From the NCBI GenBank assembly GCA_964600925.1, contig CAZRMB010000001.1:1-38554 (forward strand): a stretch of DNA of 38,554 nucleotides. Direction: 5' to 3'. The position numbers were made by a program, and so were the translations under genes. Below, one piece after another: positions 25,855 through 34,910 of the stretch (the stretch's first letter is position 1; the number at the start of each line of letters is the position of its first letter). The notes beneath the pieces were generated by a model that saw nothing but the letters and a program-made list of their open reading frames with translations, made no database searches and was not told the origin of the DNA. The DNA comes from an uncultured Syntrophomonas sp. GTDB lineage: Bacteria; Bacillota; Syntrophomonadia; Syntrophomonadales; Syntrophomonadaceae.

Positions 25855-26043
25855 TAATTTTGCCTCCTTCACATCTATTATCAGCAACCTTTATCATTCA
25901 AGTTGATTTATAATAGCATGGTTTTCAGAAAAGTTCTATTTTGTATGCATGCTATAAAGATATTACGAATAATTGGAATAATAATCGGGCATCAACTTCG
26001 TGATCGGATGTCAAGAATAATCTGTATTATGTCCCCGGAATAC
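25812..26043 (+). repeat. ~230-bp direct repeat, copy 2 (includes R6 at 26024-26042)
   Basis: Near-identical to 24202-24433. Confidence 0.95.
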
Positions 26044-26073
26044 CTACGGAATATACATAGTAGATTTTAAATG

Positions 26074-26107
26074 AAGACCTCACCCCCCAATGCAGGGGCG
26101 AGGTCTT
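26074..26107 (-). terminator. Stem-loop downstream of the S-layer gene
   Basis: AAGACCTCGCCCC-loop-GGGGTGAGGTCTT, ~70 nt after the stop codon; the U-tract is weak. Confidence 0.55.
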
Positions 26108-26175
26108 TAGGTTAGAGCAGAAAAGGCTGAGGCTGATGTCTTTCCTCAACTTTTTCCAATAATCTTATAATACCC

Positions 26176-29100
26176 TTACGCCATCTTGAATGCTGCAGCC
26201 GTGATGGTTGTTGCACCTGTCAGTTTCATGTACATATCAGCTACTTGATCATTGTTAGTGTCGAGGTAGAGAGCGCCGGTGCTTGAGTCAAGAGCAGCAT
26301 AGGCAAAGCCCGGAACCGATGAGTCGTTTGCGATAAACGTGAGGCAATCAGCCGCGTTGGTGTATACACCGACCTTGATTTGCGACGCAATAAGCGTTGG
26401 AACCGCCGACAAATCAATAACATCGCCGGTCCACTTTGTCGAATCAGCATTTGCCTGAACCGCGCCGGTAGTTGCATCACCAACAGTATTGGCACTAAAA
26501 TCAGTAATGGTGTCCGTCTCGCCAGCGGTAATTGTCGATTCACTGGCCGAAGCATAAATGAAGGTATCGTTCCCGGCTCCGCCTGTCAGCGTGTCTCCAC
26601 CTAAACCGCCGGTAATCGTATCAGCCTTGGCGCCACCGCTAATGGTGTCCACATTCTGCGTACCGGTTAAGGTATTGGCTGCCGTTGCGGACCCTTTGAT
26701 GGTCAGCGCTACGGCGCCGTTGGCAGTCGTATCGGCTGCACTGGCATCAATGGTTACGCCACCAGTGTTAGCGGAAGCGTCAATAGAGGCCAGTTTCAGT
26801 TGGGTTATAGCGGAAGTGAATTCCAGTTTCTGGTCACCGGTAATGGTCAGTGCCTGCAATGAATCATCGGTCAGGCCCAGGGTATAGTCAACATAATCTG
26901 CCTTGTAGCCTGTTACCGGTGTAAATATAGCTGTTTGATTACCCGTAGCGTTAACAGTCAGCTTTTCAACTTCAGATAGATCCACCGTACTGGAAACAGC
27001 CGTAGCATCAGCGGTAGTATCATTATTATCAGCAAAGTCAGAATTCAACACCAAGGTCGTTCTGTCGTTCGTACCGTCGGTCTTCAATGTACCGCTCAGA
27101 GCGCCGTTATTGGCTACCAAATCACCGGCCAGCGTGATTGTCGCATCGGCACCGATATTGCTGACCGTGGCTGTATTACCGGCAGCAATACCGTCCATCG
27201 CCGTAAAGCTGGCAATGCCGCTGATTGCGGACAGATCGTAAGTAGCCGTGCCCAATGCATCCACCAGAGCCAATGCTTCGAAGCCGCTGATCCCGGCACG
27301 TGCAGTGGCAGAACCTGCAGCAATCGTACCTGTATAATCTGCCTGGTAGAAGCCAACCGTGTCAGTTCCGCTGCCGCCGGTGAGGACAAGACCGCCCTGG
27401 GTTGCGTCGCCGAAAGTTGTTACATCATCGGCAATGATGGTATCGTCGCCGCTGCCGCCGATAATTGAGTTAATTGGTTCTGAAACTTCAACATATAAAT
27501 TCCCCGTCAAGGCGGAAGCATCGATCTTGTCACTGACGGTGGTTGATAAAGCATCATAAGTACCGTCATAGTCATTAATAGTGACATTGCCGGCGCCGGA
27601 TATGGTAACGAGATCACTTCCTTCATCCGCTACATCCAAGGATTCCAAGGTCAAATCGGCATTGGCAACTATATTTATGGCCTGGGAAGTATAATCTGCT
27701 CCAGAGCTTGAATAAGAAGCCAATTCATCAAATTTGGATGCACCATTCACCGTGACATTGACGGTACCGAAGTCCTCCAAATAAATTTCCGAGCCATCAT
27801 AAGTATCTGTAACATTTGACAGGGTAATATTGGCGACACCCGTGGGCGAAACCGTACCATATCCATTTTCGTCCGCATAGACATCCAGATAGACGGAATC
27901 GGAGTTGGCGATGTTGATATTGGCAGTTACCGTAGCGGTACCTTCCTGGTAAATATAAACGTCCGCGCCGCTGTATTCGCTTCCATCTGAGGTAGCATTC
28001 TGAACATTGACGTTTGCAGTAATCACAGCATTCGCATTTCCCGCATTTCCCGCATAAATATACTGTTCAGCCCAATCATAGTATCCATTTGCCGAATTTA
28101 AATTAAGAAGATTCAACGTAGAATTAATCGTGGTGGCATTGGCCAGGCCATTTTCATACCCGTCATTATAACCATGATCAAACTCTGCATAATTATAATA
28201 ATTACTTCCTGCGTTACCTTGAAAAGTATCATTAAATGTAACTGTGGCAGCGGTAGTGGGATTGTACTCAAAATATCCGTATTGATAGTCACCGGTACCC
28301 GGATCCACTACAAACTTCGCTGCCGTACCTTCATTGATGCCATAGATTTCTGCATCATAAGTACCTTCCAATGTAACACTCGTAAATGTATTGGCAGGAT
28401 CAAGATAAATATACGAATCAAAATAATCAGTGGGGTCACTAATCAGCAGATTCTGCACATTGGAAATGCTAACAGCATTCAAATGAAAGTCAGAGTCGTA
28501 CTCATTCATGATAACCTTGAAGGTGTCATTTCCTCCGTTGCCGTTAATTGTATCGCCCGGGTTGACTGTGTAAACAGAATCGGATCCTGAATCGTCCATA
28601 GAACCTATAATGGTGTCGTTTTTGGCAGTACCAAGAACGTTATCAATAGCTGTAGTGAGTACAAAGTTTTCACCAACATTCGCCCCGCTCCCGGCCACAA
28701 TCTGGCTTAAAGTGCTGTCAATCGTGGCTTCCGCGGCAGCCTCGGAAGTGGCATCTTTGACGGAAGACAGCCAGGTACGGCCGGTATCCAAGGGGAGGGA
28801 GCCATTGTGGCCGTAGGCAATATACTCTTCGGAGGTGTCAACGGCCGCAGTAAATGCATTGGCAGCCTTCAGCTTTTCGGCAACCACAGCGGCGTCCGCA
28901 GCTGAGGTAGAATTTATCATTGTCCACGCAAGGTTTTGCAGGTTCAATGCACCAGACTTAATCTGACCGGACCAGTATTGCAGACCCTCCAGCTCGGCCG
29001 TGCGAGAGAAGAGCTGCTCGTAAAGACTTTCAACCAATTGCTCGGTACTCATCCCTTCGTGCAGAGCAGTGGCCTCCGGGGAAAAACCAAAAGCATTGAC

Positions 29101-29226
29101 TATTGCACTTACGCCACCCAAACTATCTGCTTGATTTGTCCAATATTCCAATCCCTCCGGATCAGCCGGACGCCCATAATACGCTATATACAATTCTTGA
29201 ACTTGATCACTTGTAGTTAAAGCCAT
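26176..29226 (-). CDS. S-layer protein, RsaA/SapA-like (DUF4214-like N-terminus, RTX-type Ca-binding repeats), likely T1SS substrate
   Basis: VQELYIAYYGRPADPEGLEYW and LYEQLFSRTAELEGLQYW; FVLTTAIDNVLGTAKNDTI; GGxGxD repeats (GGSGDD, GGSGTD, GGLGGD, GGAGND); IDASA motifs; no signal peptide; AGGAGG RBS. Confidence 0.88.
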   Translation of the reverse strand: MALTTSDQVQELYIAYYGRPADPEGLEYWTNQADSLGGVSAIVNAFGFSPEATALHEGMSTEQLVESLYEQLFSRTAELEGLQYWSGQIKSGALNLQNLAWTMINSTSAADAAVVAEKLKAANAFTAAVDTSEEYIAYGHNGSLPLDTGRTWLSSVKDATSEAAAEATIDSTLSQIVAGSGANVGENFVLTTAIDNVLGTAKNDTIIGSMDDSGSDSVYTVNPGDTINGNGGNDTFKVIMNEYDSDFHLNAVSISNVQNLLISDPTDYFDSYIYLDPANTFTSVTLEGTYDAEIYGINEGTAAKFVVDPGTGDYQYGYFEYNPTTAATVTFNDTFQGNAGSNYYNYAEFDHGYNDGYENGLANATTINSTLNLLNLNSANGYYDWAEQYIYAGNAGNANAVITANVNVQNATSDGSEYSGADVYIYQEGTATVTANINIANSDSVYLDVYADENGYGTVSPTGVANITLSNVTDTYDGSEIYLEDFGTVNVTVNGASKFDELASYSSSGADYTSQAINIVANADLTLESLDVADEGSDLVTISGAGNVTINDYDGTYDALSTTVSDKIDASALTGNLYVEVSEPINSIIGGSGDDTIIADDVTTFGDATQGGLVLTGGSGTDTVGFYQADYTGTIAAGSATARAGISGFEALALVDALGTATYDLSAISGIASFTAMDGIAAGNTATVSNIGADATITLAGDLVANNGALSGTLKTDGTNDRTTLVLNSDFADNNDTTADATAVSSTVDLSEVEKLTVNATGNQTAIFTPVTGYKADYVDYTLGLTDDSLQALTITGDQKLEFTSAITQLKLASIDASANTGGVTIDASAADTTANGAVALTIKGSATAANTLTGTQNVDTISGGAKADTITGGLGGDTLTGGAGNDTFIYASASESTITAGETDTITDFSANTVGDATTGAVQANADSTKWTGDVIDLSAVPTLIASQIKVGVYTNAADCLTFIANDSSVPGFAYAALDSSTGALYLDTNNDQVADMYMKLTGATTITAAAFKMA

Positions 29227-29713
29227 TATTATTCCTCCTGTATTTAAAAAAATTTAGATTTTGTTCTAAACTGACGCCGTTTTGCCAGACACCCCTCGCC
29301 TTACACCATTAGGTTTTTATAACAGTATTTTCAATAAGTTATTTGCTATTCCAACCTCCCTTCGAGATGTTTAATATAACTCTATAGAAGTTCTCTGTTG
29401 CAAACAGAGATATATTTTGAACACTCTTTAAAATCATAACTCTTGTTTACACTGGAATCTAGTGTAGTGCGTCAGATATTCCTTATACGCCTGGCACACC
29501 ATGAAATGCACATAATATGCAGCAATGCTGCATATACTTTATATAAAGAAGCGTTAGACGCGCTGCACCAGCATTAATTAAATTATACCCTATATCGGCA
29601 GGGTTATAGTTTTCTTTACACCTTCAAAACAAAATGTCAAGCAAATACTCAGTTTATTGAGCTGGCTAAATATTTTAAATGCAAGGGGGCGTAGCCGATC
29701 GCTTTAAAGTGTA

Positions 29714-29742
29714 TTAATAGTACCAACTTAAGTACATGTCAA
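29714..29742 (-). promoter_or_regulatory. Candidate sigma70 promoter for the S-layer gene (implies a long 5' UTR)
   Basis: TTGACA-17 nt-TATTAA on the minus strand; a second TTGACA at 29640-29635. Confidence 0.3.
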
Positions 29743-29790
29743 GTAAAAATTTTCATTTTTAATGCATATTTAAGTTATTTATTGTTTTTT

Positions 29791-31398
29791 TTATTTTTCC
29801 TCGCAGCGGGCCGATTTTTCCGCCAGGGCAGCCGATCTTCCCATCCGGCCGGCGCTGGCCAGGAGCCTTAAGCGCGCGGAATGCCATTCGGCCAGACAAC
29901 GAACGCGTTCACGTCCTGCATCGGACAGATTCGATTGCGTATTAAGAACCTCCGTAATATCGGCGGCCCCCTTGTTATAGCGACGCCGCGAAACGGTTAA
30001 TGATTCCCGGGCTGCTTTTAGCAGATTAGCGGAGGCATCGAGATTCTTCAGAGCAAAGGTGGCATCGACGTAAGCCCTGATAAGTTCCCGGGCAATCCGG
30101 TTTTCAGTATCCGCCAACGCCGCTGTTTTCTGCTTCACCTGGGCCTCGGCACCCCGAATCTTATAAGTATTGGAAAATCCATCGAATAAAGGTATGTTCA
30201 AGCCAATCCCCATGGTAGTCTCCGTTGCTTCCGTCTGGGTAACGGCTTCGCCTGGCTTGGTGTTTTTGTAGTAGTTCGCGGAAAAATTAACTGTCGGCAG
30301 ACCGGCCGAACGAGCTACCGTGACCTTATTGTGAGCCGCCTTAACCTCTTCCCTGGCCGCAACAATGGCGGGATGATTTTTTTGTGCCTCTTCCATCCAA
30401 CTGTTTAAGTCCCTGCCGATCTGGCCGGCATTTTCGGGAAGATCTTCCGGCATTAATATTACGGTATTGCCCGCCACTCCCAGAATCTGTCCCAGTACGG
30501 CCAGTGCTTTGCCGTAATCGCGATGAGCACGATTAAGTTCTAATTCAGCATTGGCCAGAGCAGTTGTCGCCCGCAACCGGTCGCTTTGAGCAATGGCCCC
30601 TCTTTCTTCACGTACTTTTGCGGAATTCAGAATGGCCCGGGCGATCTCTTCACTTTCCGTTGCTGCTTTCTGAGCTGCCCTGGCCGCCATGGCGTCAAAA
30701 TAGGCCTGCGTTACATCGTACAATGCCTGCTGCAGGGTGGCATTGTGGCTGGCCAGCGCTGCGGCTAATAAACTGTCGGCCGCCCGACGGCCGGCTCCCC
30801 GGCCCCCGAAATCAAAGAGGCGCCAGTAAAATCCCCCCTGAAACGTGGTTCGATAGATGTCGCTGTCGGGATAGCGGCTGTCGGAATAATCTATCTTGTC
30901 CTTTGTTCGGTTCAACGATCCATTCACGGTAGGCAGATAGGCGGCGCGCGCCTCACCGACGGCTGCGGCCTGAACTTTGATATTCGCCCAGGAGGATTTG
31001 ATTTGCGGGTTATTACACAGCGCAATATCCACCGCCTCTCCCAATGAGAGCGGACGGGAAAAATCCTGCAGCGCCGGGCAGGAATACGGCGCCTTATCTC
31101 CCGGCAGGATGACACCTTTTTTAAGCACATCGGGTTTGGTATACAACGGGTCGTCAAAGAAGGGATAGAGTTCAAAACCAAAGGCAGGCGCTTGAGAAGC
31201 CAGCACCGCCACAACTATTGCCATTGCCACCGCGCTTAAAGACCTTTTCAACACTCCTTTTTTCGTCACTCCGGGCTTGACCCGGAATCCAGCAAATTTT
31301 TGATAATACCGGATTCCTGCATTCGCGGGACTGACAAATGTGAGTTGCTGATTCAGTTGTGTCAGCGCCTTCTTCAAAACCCTCAGGTTAACGTTCAC
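29791..31398 (-). CDS. tolC: TolC-family outer membrane channel of the T1SS
   Basis: LSLGEAVDIALCNNPQI, ARAAYLPTV, LFDFGGR, NHPAIVAA, IPLFDGF; follows hlyD. The N-terminus contains a palindromic insertion. Confidence 0.9.
   Translation of the reverse strand: MNVNLRVLKKALTQLNQQLTFVSPANAGIRYYQKFAGFRVKPGVTKKGVLKRSLSAVAMAIVVAVLASQAPAFGFELYPFFDDPLYTKPDVLKKGVILPGDKAPYSCPALQDFSRPLSLGEAVDIALCNNPQIKSSWANIKVQAAAVGEARAAYLPTVNGSLNRTKDKIDYSDSRYPDSDIYRTTFQGGFYWRLFDFGGRGAGRRAADSLLAAALASHNATLQQALYDVTQAYFDAMAARAAQKAATESEEIARAILNSAKVREERGAIAQSDRLRATTALANAELELNRAHRDYGKALAVLGQILGVAGNTVILMPEDLPENAGQIGRDLNSWMEEAQKNHPAIVAAREEVKAAHNKVTVARSAGLPTVNFSANYYKNTKPGEAVTQTEATETTMGIGLNIPLFDGFSNTYKIRGAEAQVKQKTAALADTENRIARELIRAYVDATFALKNLDASANLLKAARESLTVSRRRYNKGAADITEVLNTQSNLSDAGRERVRCLAEWHSARLRLLASAGRMGRSAALAEKSARCEEK
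31239..31371. mobile_element. Palindromic MITE/REP-like element within the tolC 5' end
   Basis: GTCACTCCGGGCTTGACCCGGAATCCAG...CCGGATTCCTGCATTCGCGGGACTGAC double-hairpin core (31265-31335) with AGACCTTTTCAACAC and GTTGTGTCAGCGCCT ends. Confidence 0.65.
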
Positions 31399-32731
31399 GC
31401 AGACTCTCCCTTTGGAGTTGGATGAGCGGACTCAAGACATATTCAATGACGCGACGATCTCCCGTCTTGATGTCCACAGCAACGGACATGCCCGGAATCA
31501 ACTTGATATCGCGGCCATTGACTGTGATGAAAGATTTTTCAAGCGTCACAATGACTGAATACAGCAATCCCATCTTCTCATCTTTGACGGCATCGCGTGA
31601 GATGTGGGTCACGCGGGCGGGAATCAGGCCGTACTTGGTGTATTGAAAGGCCTCGACTTTGACTGCGGCGGCCTGGCCTTCTTTGACAAATCCGATATCC
31701 TTATTTTGCACCATGGCTTCAACTTCAATGTGATCTTCCCTGGGAACGATCAACATCAACGGCTGGGTTGCGGGCACCACTCCTCCGACGGTATGCACCT
31801 GCAATTGCTGAACCGTGCCATCCACCGGGGCAACAAGTTTAAGCAACCTGCGGTGAAAAGCCGCCCGTTGAACATCAGGCTGAGAAACCCCAACAATTCT
31901 TTCTCCTTCCGTCCGGGCATCGTAGGCTGAGCGCTTCATTTCGGCAATCAGAGCGGCGCGCCGGTTTCTTGCATCCATTAGTTTACCATCCAGCTCGATC
32001 CGTACCTGCTCTTTTTCCAGATACGCGTGCCGGGAAACGTCATTGGTTTTGGCCAGTTCCTTGTAATCCGCAGCCTGTTGTGTCGCCAGAGGCAGGGCCT
32101 GAGTGTAAGTGCGGATCTCTCCGTCAATTCGTCGGAGCTTGGTGATAAAATCCTGAAATTGGCCGGTCACATGTTTTTGCGCCTCCTGCAGTTTTTCGGA
32201 CGAAACGCCGCTAACGGCTCCGAGCTTCGGCGGTTTAAGGCTGTCAATCGCCGCAATCAGCGCCTGCGATCTCGCTACCTGCAAAAGCGCCTGTTCCGTG
32301 CTGTTCATCGCCTTTTCCTGATCAGCGGAGGCCGCACTGGCATCCAGTTCAATCAGCACATCTCCTTTTTTGACCGGCTGCCCTTCTTCGACATAGAGTG
32401 CTTTGACACTGGCCACTTCAATAGAGGCTATGGTTTTTGTGCGTGCACTGGGAATTATTTTGCCGGTCGCACTCACAATGATGTCCATACGGCCGAAAAT
32501 TGCCCAGATAAACAGAGCAGCAACCAATGCCATAAGAACTCCGGCTGCCCATCGCGAGGCCAGGGAAACCGGTTTTTCCTGCAGTGATAAGGCGGCAGGC
32601 AAAAATTCCGCTTCATCCTCCGTGAAGAGATTGCCTCCCAGCCGATCCCGATTTTTCCAGAAATGCGCGAAAGTATTCCGATAATGGCGGAGGAGCAACA
32701 ATTGGGCCTCCAACCTGTGTTTAATACTCAT
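31388..32731 (-). CDS. hlyD: HlyD-family T1SS membrane fusion protein
   Basis: EFLPAALSLQEKP, single TM helix, APVDGTVQQL, GGVV, DIGFVKEGQ, PGMSVAVDIKTGDRRVIEYVLSPL. Confidence 0.95.
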   Translation of the reverse strand: MSIKHRLEAQLLLLRHYRNTFAHFWKNRDRLGGNLFTEDEAEFLPAALSLQEKPVSLASRWAAGVLMALVAALFIWAIFGRMDIIVSATGKIIPSARTKTIASIEVASVKALYVEEGQPVKKGDVLIELDASAASADQEKAMNSTEQALLQVARSQALIAAIDSLKPPKLGAVSGVSSEKLQEAQKHVTGQFQDFITKLRRIDGEIRTYTQALPLATQQAADYKELAKTNDVSRHAYLEKEQVRIELDGKLMDARNRRAALIAEMKRSAYDARTEGERIVGVSQPDVQRAAFHRRLLKLVAPVDGTVQQLQVHTVGGVVPATQPLMLIVPREDHIEVEAMVQNKDIGFVKEGQAAAVKVEAFQYTKYGLIPARVTHISRDAVKDEKMGLLYSVIVTLEKSFITVNGRDIKLIPGMSVAVDIKTGDRRVIEYVLSPLIQLQRESLRER

Positions 32732-34878
32732 TTTTCCTTCACCACCTGCAGTCTGCTGTCCTGCAATCCAAATTGTAACTGATTCAAATGGGCGTAAATA
32801 CCATCCTTCATCGCCACTAATTCCTCATGCGAACCTTGTTCGACGATTTCTCCCCGTTCCATGACCAGAATGCGGTTCGCATGACGGACGGCGGAAAGCC
32901 GATGAGCAATGATCAACACCGTACGCCCCGCACAGATATTTTGCATATTCTGCTGAATCACCCTTTCCGATTCATAATCCAGGGCGCTGGTGGCCTCATC
33001 GAAAATCAGAATGCGGGGATTAGTGATCAGCGCCCTGGCAATCGCGATTCTCTGGCACTGTCCGCCGGACAAGGAAGAACCATGTTCTCCGACTTTGGTG
33101 TCATAGCCTTCCGGCAGTTCGCAGATGAAATCATGCGCCCCGGCCATCTTCGCCGCTTCGATAATCGGTTCGATGGGCAAGGCGGGATTGGCCAAAGCAA
33201 TATTATCCCGGATGGAACCGGTAAAAAGGACGTTTTCCTGCAAAACAACCCCCAACTGCTGACGCAATGAGGTGGTATCGATAATAGCAAGGTCCTGCCC
33301 GTCAATAAGAACACGGCCTAGATTCGGCACGTACAGCCGTTGAACCAGCCTGGCAAGCGTACTTTTCCCTGAACCGGAGCGGCCGACAATACCGATCACT
33401 TCCCCCGGGACAATCTTTAGATTGACACTGCGCAGAACATCCGGAGCGTCCGGCCGGTAGCGAAAAGTCACCTTGTCGAACTCGATAGCGCCCGCCAGGC
33501 GGGGGATACGGGTTTTCTGGCCGACGACTTCCAGCGGCGCATTGAGAATATCTCCCAGCCGCTCCATGGAAATACCAACCTGCTGGAACGATGTCCACAG
33601 TTGCGCGATGCGCACGATGGGGCCGGATATCTGGCCGGAAAGCATGTTGAAAGCAACAAGCTGGCCGATGGTCAATTTGCCTTCCACCACGAGGGACGCG
33701 CCCATCCAGATGATGCCCACGGTCACAAGCTTGCTGACCATAGTGATTCCGGTAGTGGCAAGCATGGAGATGTTATTGGCGCTCAAACCGACGGACACGT
33801 AGGAAGCGAGTTGCTTTTCCCAGTTATCGAACCAGCGCGGCTCCACAGCCATTGACTTGAGCGTGTTGATCCCGGTGATCGACTCTACCAGAAAGGCCTG
33901 GTTGGTCGCGCCGCGATTGAATTTCTCATTCAGACGGTCGCGCAACATTGGAATCAGGGCCATCGATATAATGAAATACACCGGAATGGAGAGCGCAACT
34001 ATCAGCGTAAGGGCGGGACTGTATATGTACATGACGCCGATAAAGACAAATGAGAAGATGACATCCATCACCAATGTGATGGCGTTTCCGGTGAGGAACG
34101 AGCGAATATTTTCCAGCTCACGAACACGCGCCACCGAATCGCCGACTCGTCTGGCCTGGAAATAGCCGAGCGGCAGAGAGAGCAGATGCCGGAAGAGCCT
34201 TGCCCCCAGTTCAACATCAATCTTGCTGCTGGTATGGGCAAAGATCCAGGTACGGATTCCGGAAAGAACGGCATCAAAGAGAGCGGCGCAAAGTAATGCG
34301 ACGCCGATGACGGTGAGTGTCTGCATGGCGCGATTGACCAGAACTTTGTCCATCACCACTTGAAAACCGAGAGGGGTTATCAGGCCGATGAGTTGGAGTA
34401 CAAAGGAAATCAACATGACCTCGCCCAACAGCCTCCGGTACTTGACGATTGCCGGAATAAACCAGCTGAAATCGAACTTCGAGAGATCGCGCAGGTAAGT
34501 CATTTTGGAAGTAAAGAAAATGAACTGGCCCGACCAAAGCTCCAGGAACTCCTCCTGGGTCAGAACTTTAGCTGTGGAGGTACCGGGCTGCTGGATGATC
34601 ATTCTGGGTTTGGTTTTGTCTCCGCCGTCATAACCATATTGTACGGCGATGAAGAAGTTTCCTTCCTTATCCAAGGCGACGGCAGGCAAAGGCGCACGGT
34701 CCAGCCGATCCGGGTCCTGTGTAACGAGCCTGGCCGTCATCCCCAGACGCTTGGCGCCTAAAAGAATCGTTTCCACCGTAAACAGTTTCTGACCGAACTC
34801 ATGCCGCAACTGGGCTTCATCTGCAGCAATGCCATGATGCCGGGCAATCATTAATAAACTCAGAAGTCCTAAATCCAT
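32728..34878 (-). CDS. hlyB: HlyB-family T1SS ABC transporter with a C39-like domain
   Basis: FDFSWFIPAIVKYR, GRSGSGKST, LSGGQCQRIAIARAL, LIFDEATSALD. The N-terminal C39-like domain lacks the catalytic Cys. Confidence 0.95.
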   Translation of the reverse strand: MDLGLLSLLMIARHHGIAADEAQLRHEFGQKLFTVETILLGAKRLGMTARLVTQDPDRLDRAPLPAVALDKEGNFFIAVQYGYDGGDKTKPRMIIQQPGTSTAKVLTQEEFLELWSGQFIFFTSKMTYLRDLSKFDFSWFIPAIVKYRRLLGEVMLISFVLQLIGLITPLGFQVVMDKVLVNRAMQTLTVIGVALLCAALFDAVLSGIRTWIFAHTSSKIDVELGARLFRHLLSLPLGYFQARRVGDSVARVRELENIRSFLTGNAITLVMDVIFSFVFIGVMYIYSPALTLIVALSIPVYFIISMALIPMLRDRLNEKFNRGATNQAFLVESITGINTLKSMAVEPRWFDNWEKQLASYVSVGLSANNISMLATTGITMVSKLVTVGIIWMGASLVVEGKLTIGQLVAFNMLSGQISGPIVRIAQLWTSFQQVGISMERLGDILNAPLEVVGQKTRIPRLAGAIEFDKVTFRYRPDAPDVLRSVNLKIVPGEVIGIVGRSGSGKSTLARLVQRLYVPNLGRVLIDGQDLAIIDTTSLRQQLGVVLQENVLFTGSIRDNIALANPALPIEPIIEAAKMAGAHDFICELPEGYDTKVGEHGSSLSGGQCQRIAIARALITNPRILIFDEATSALDYESERVIQQNMQNICAGRTVLIIAHRLSAVRHANRILVMERGEIVEQGSHEELVAMKDGIYAHLNQLQFGLQDSRLQVVKEK

Positions 34879-34910
34879 TTTCTTACTCTTGTAACCTCTC
34901 TAACTAAAAC

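Larger units (their letters stand above)
21028..26053. mobile_element. RAYT-associated repeat/toxin-antitoxin island
   Basis: Bounded by an inverted repeat copy at 21028-21046 and the last direct copy at 26024-26042. Contains only the RAYT and TA genes and sits inside an otherwise co-directional surface locus. Confidence 0.7.

Noticed and set aside
21765-26042. CRISPR array interpretation of the 19-bp repeats
   Set aside because: Spacers are 600-1300 bp and contain genes; no cas genes are present.
21765-26042. Classical integron or attC array
   Set aside because: No IntI, and no RYYYAAC...GTTRRRY long imperfect palindromes seen by eye. The repeat instead matches the RAYT flanks.
27700-28520. 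Diversity-generating retroelement target in the S-layer gene
   Set aside because: No reverse transcriptase or template/variable repeat pair in the window.
29227-29790. Riboswitch or ncRNA in the long S-layer leader
   Set aside because: No recognisable family motif; an Infernal/Rfam scan would be needed.
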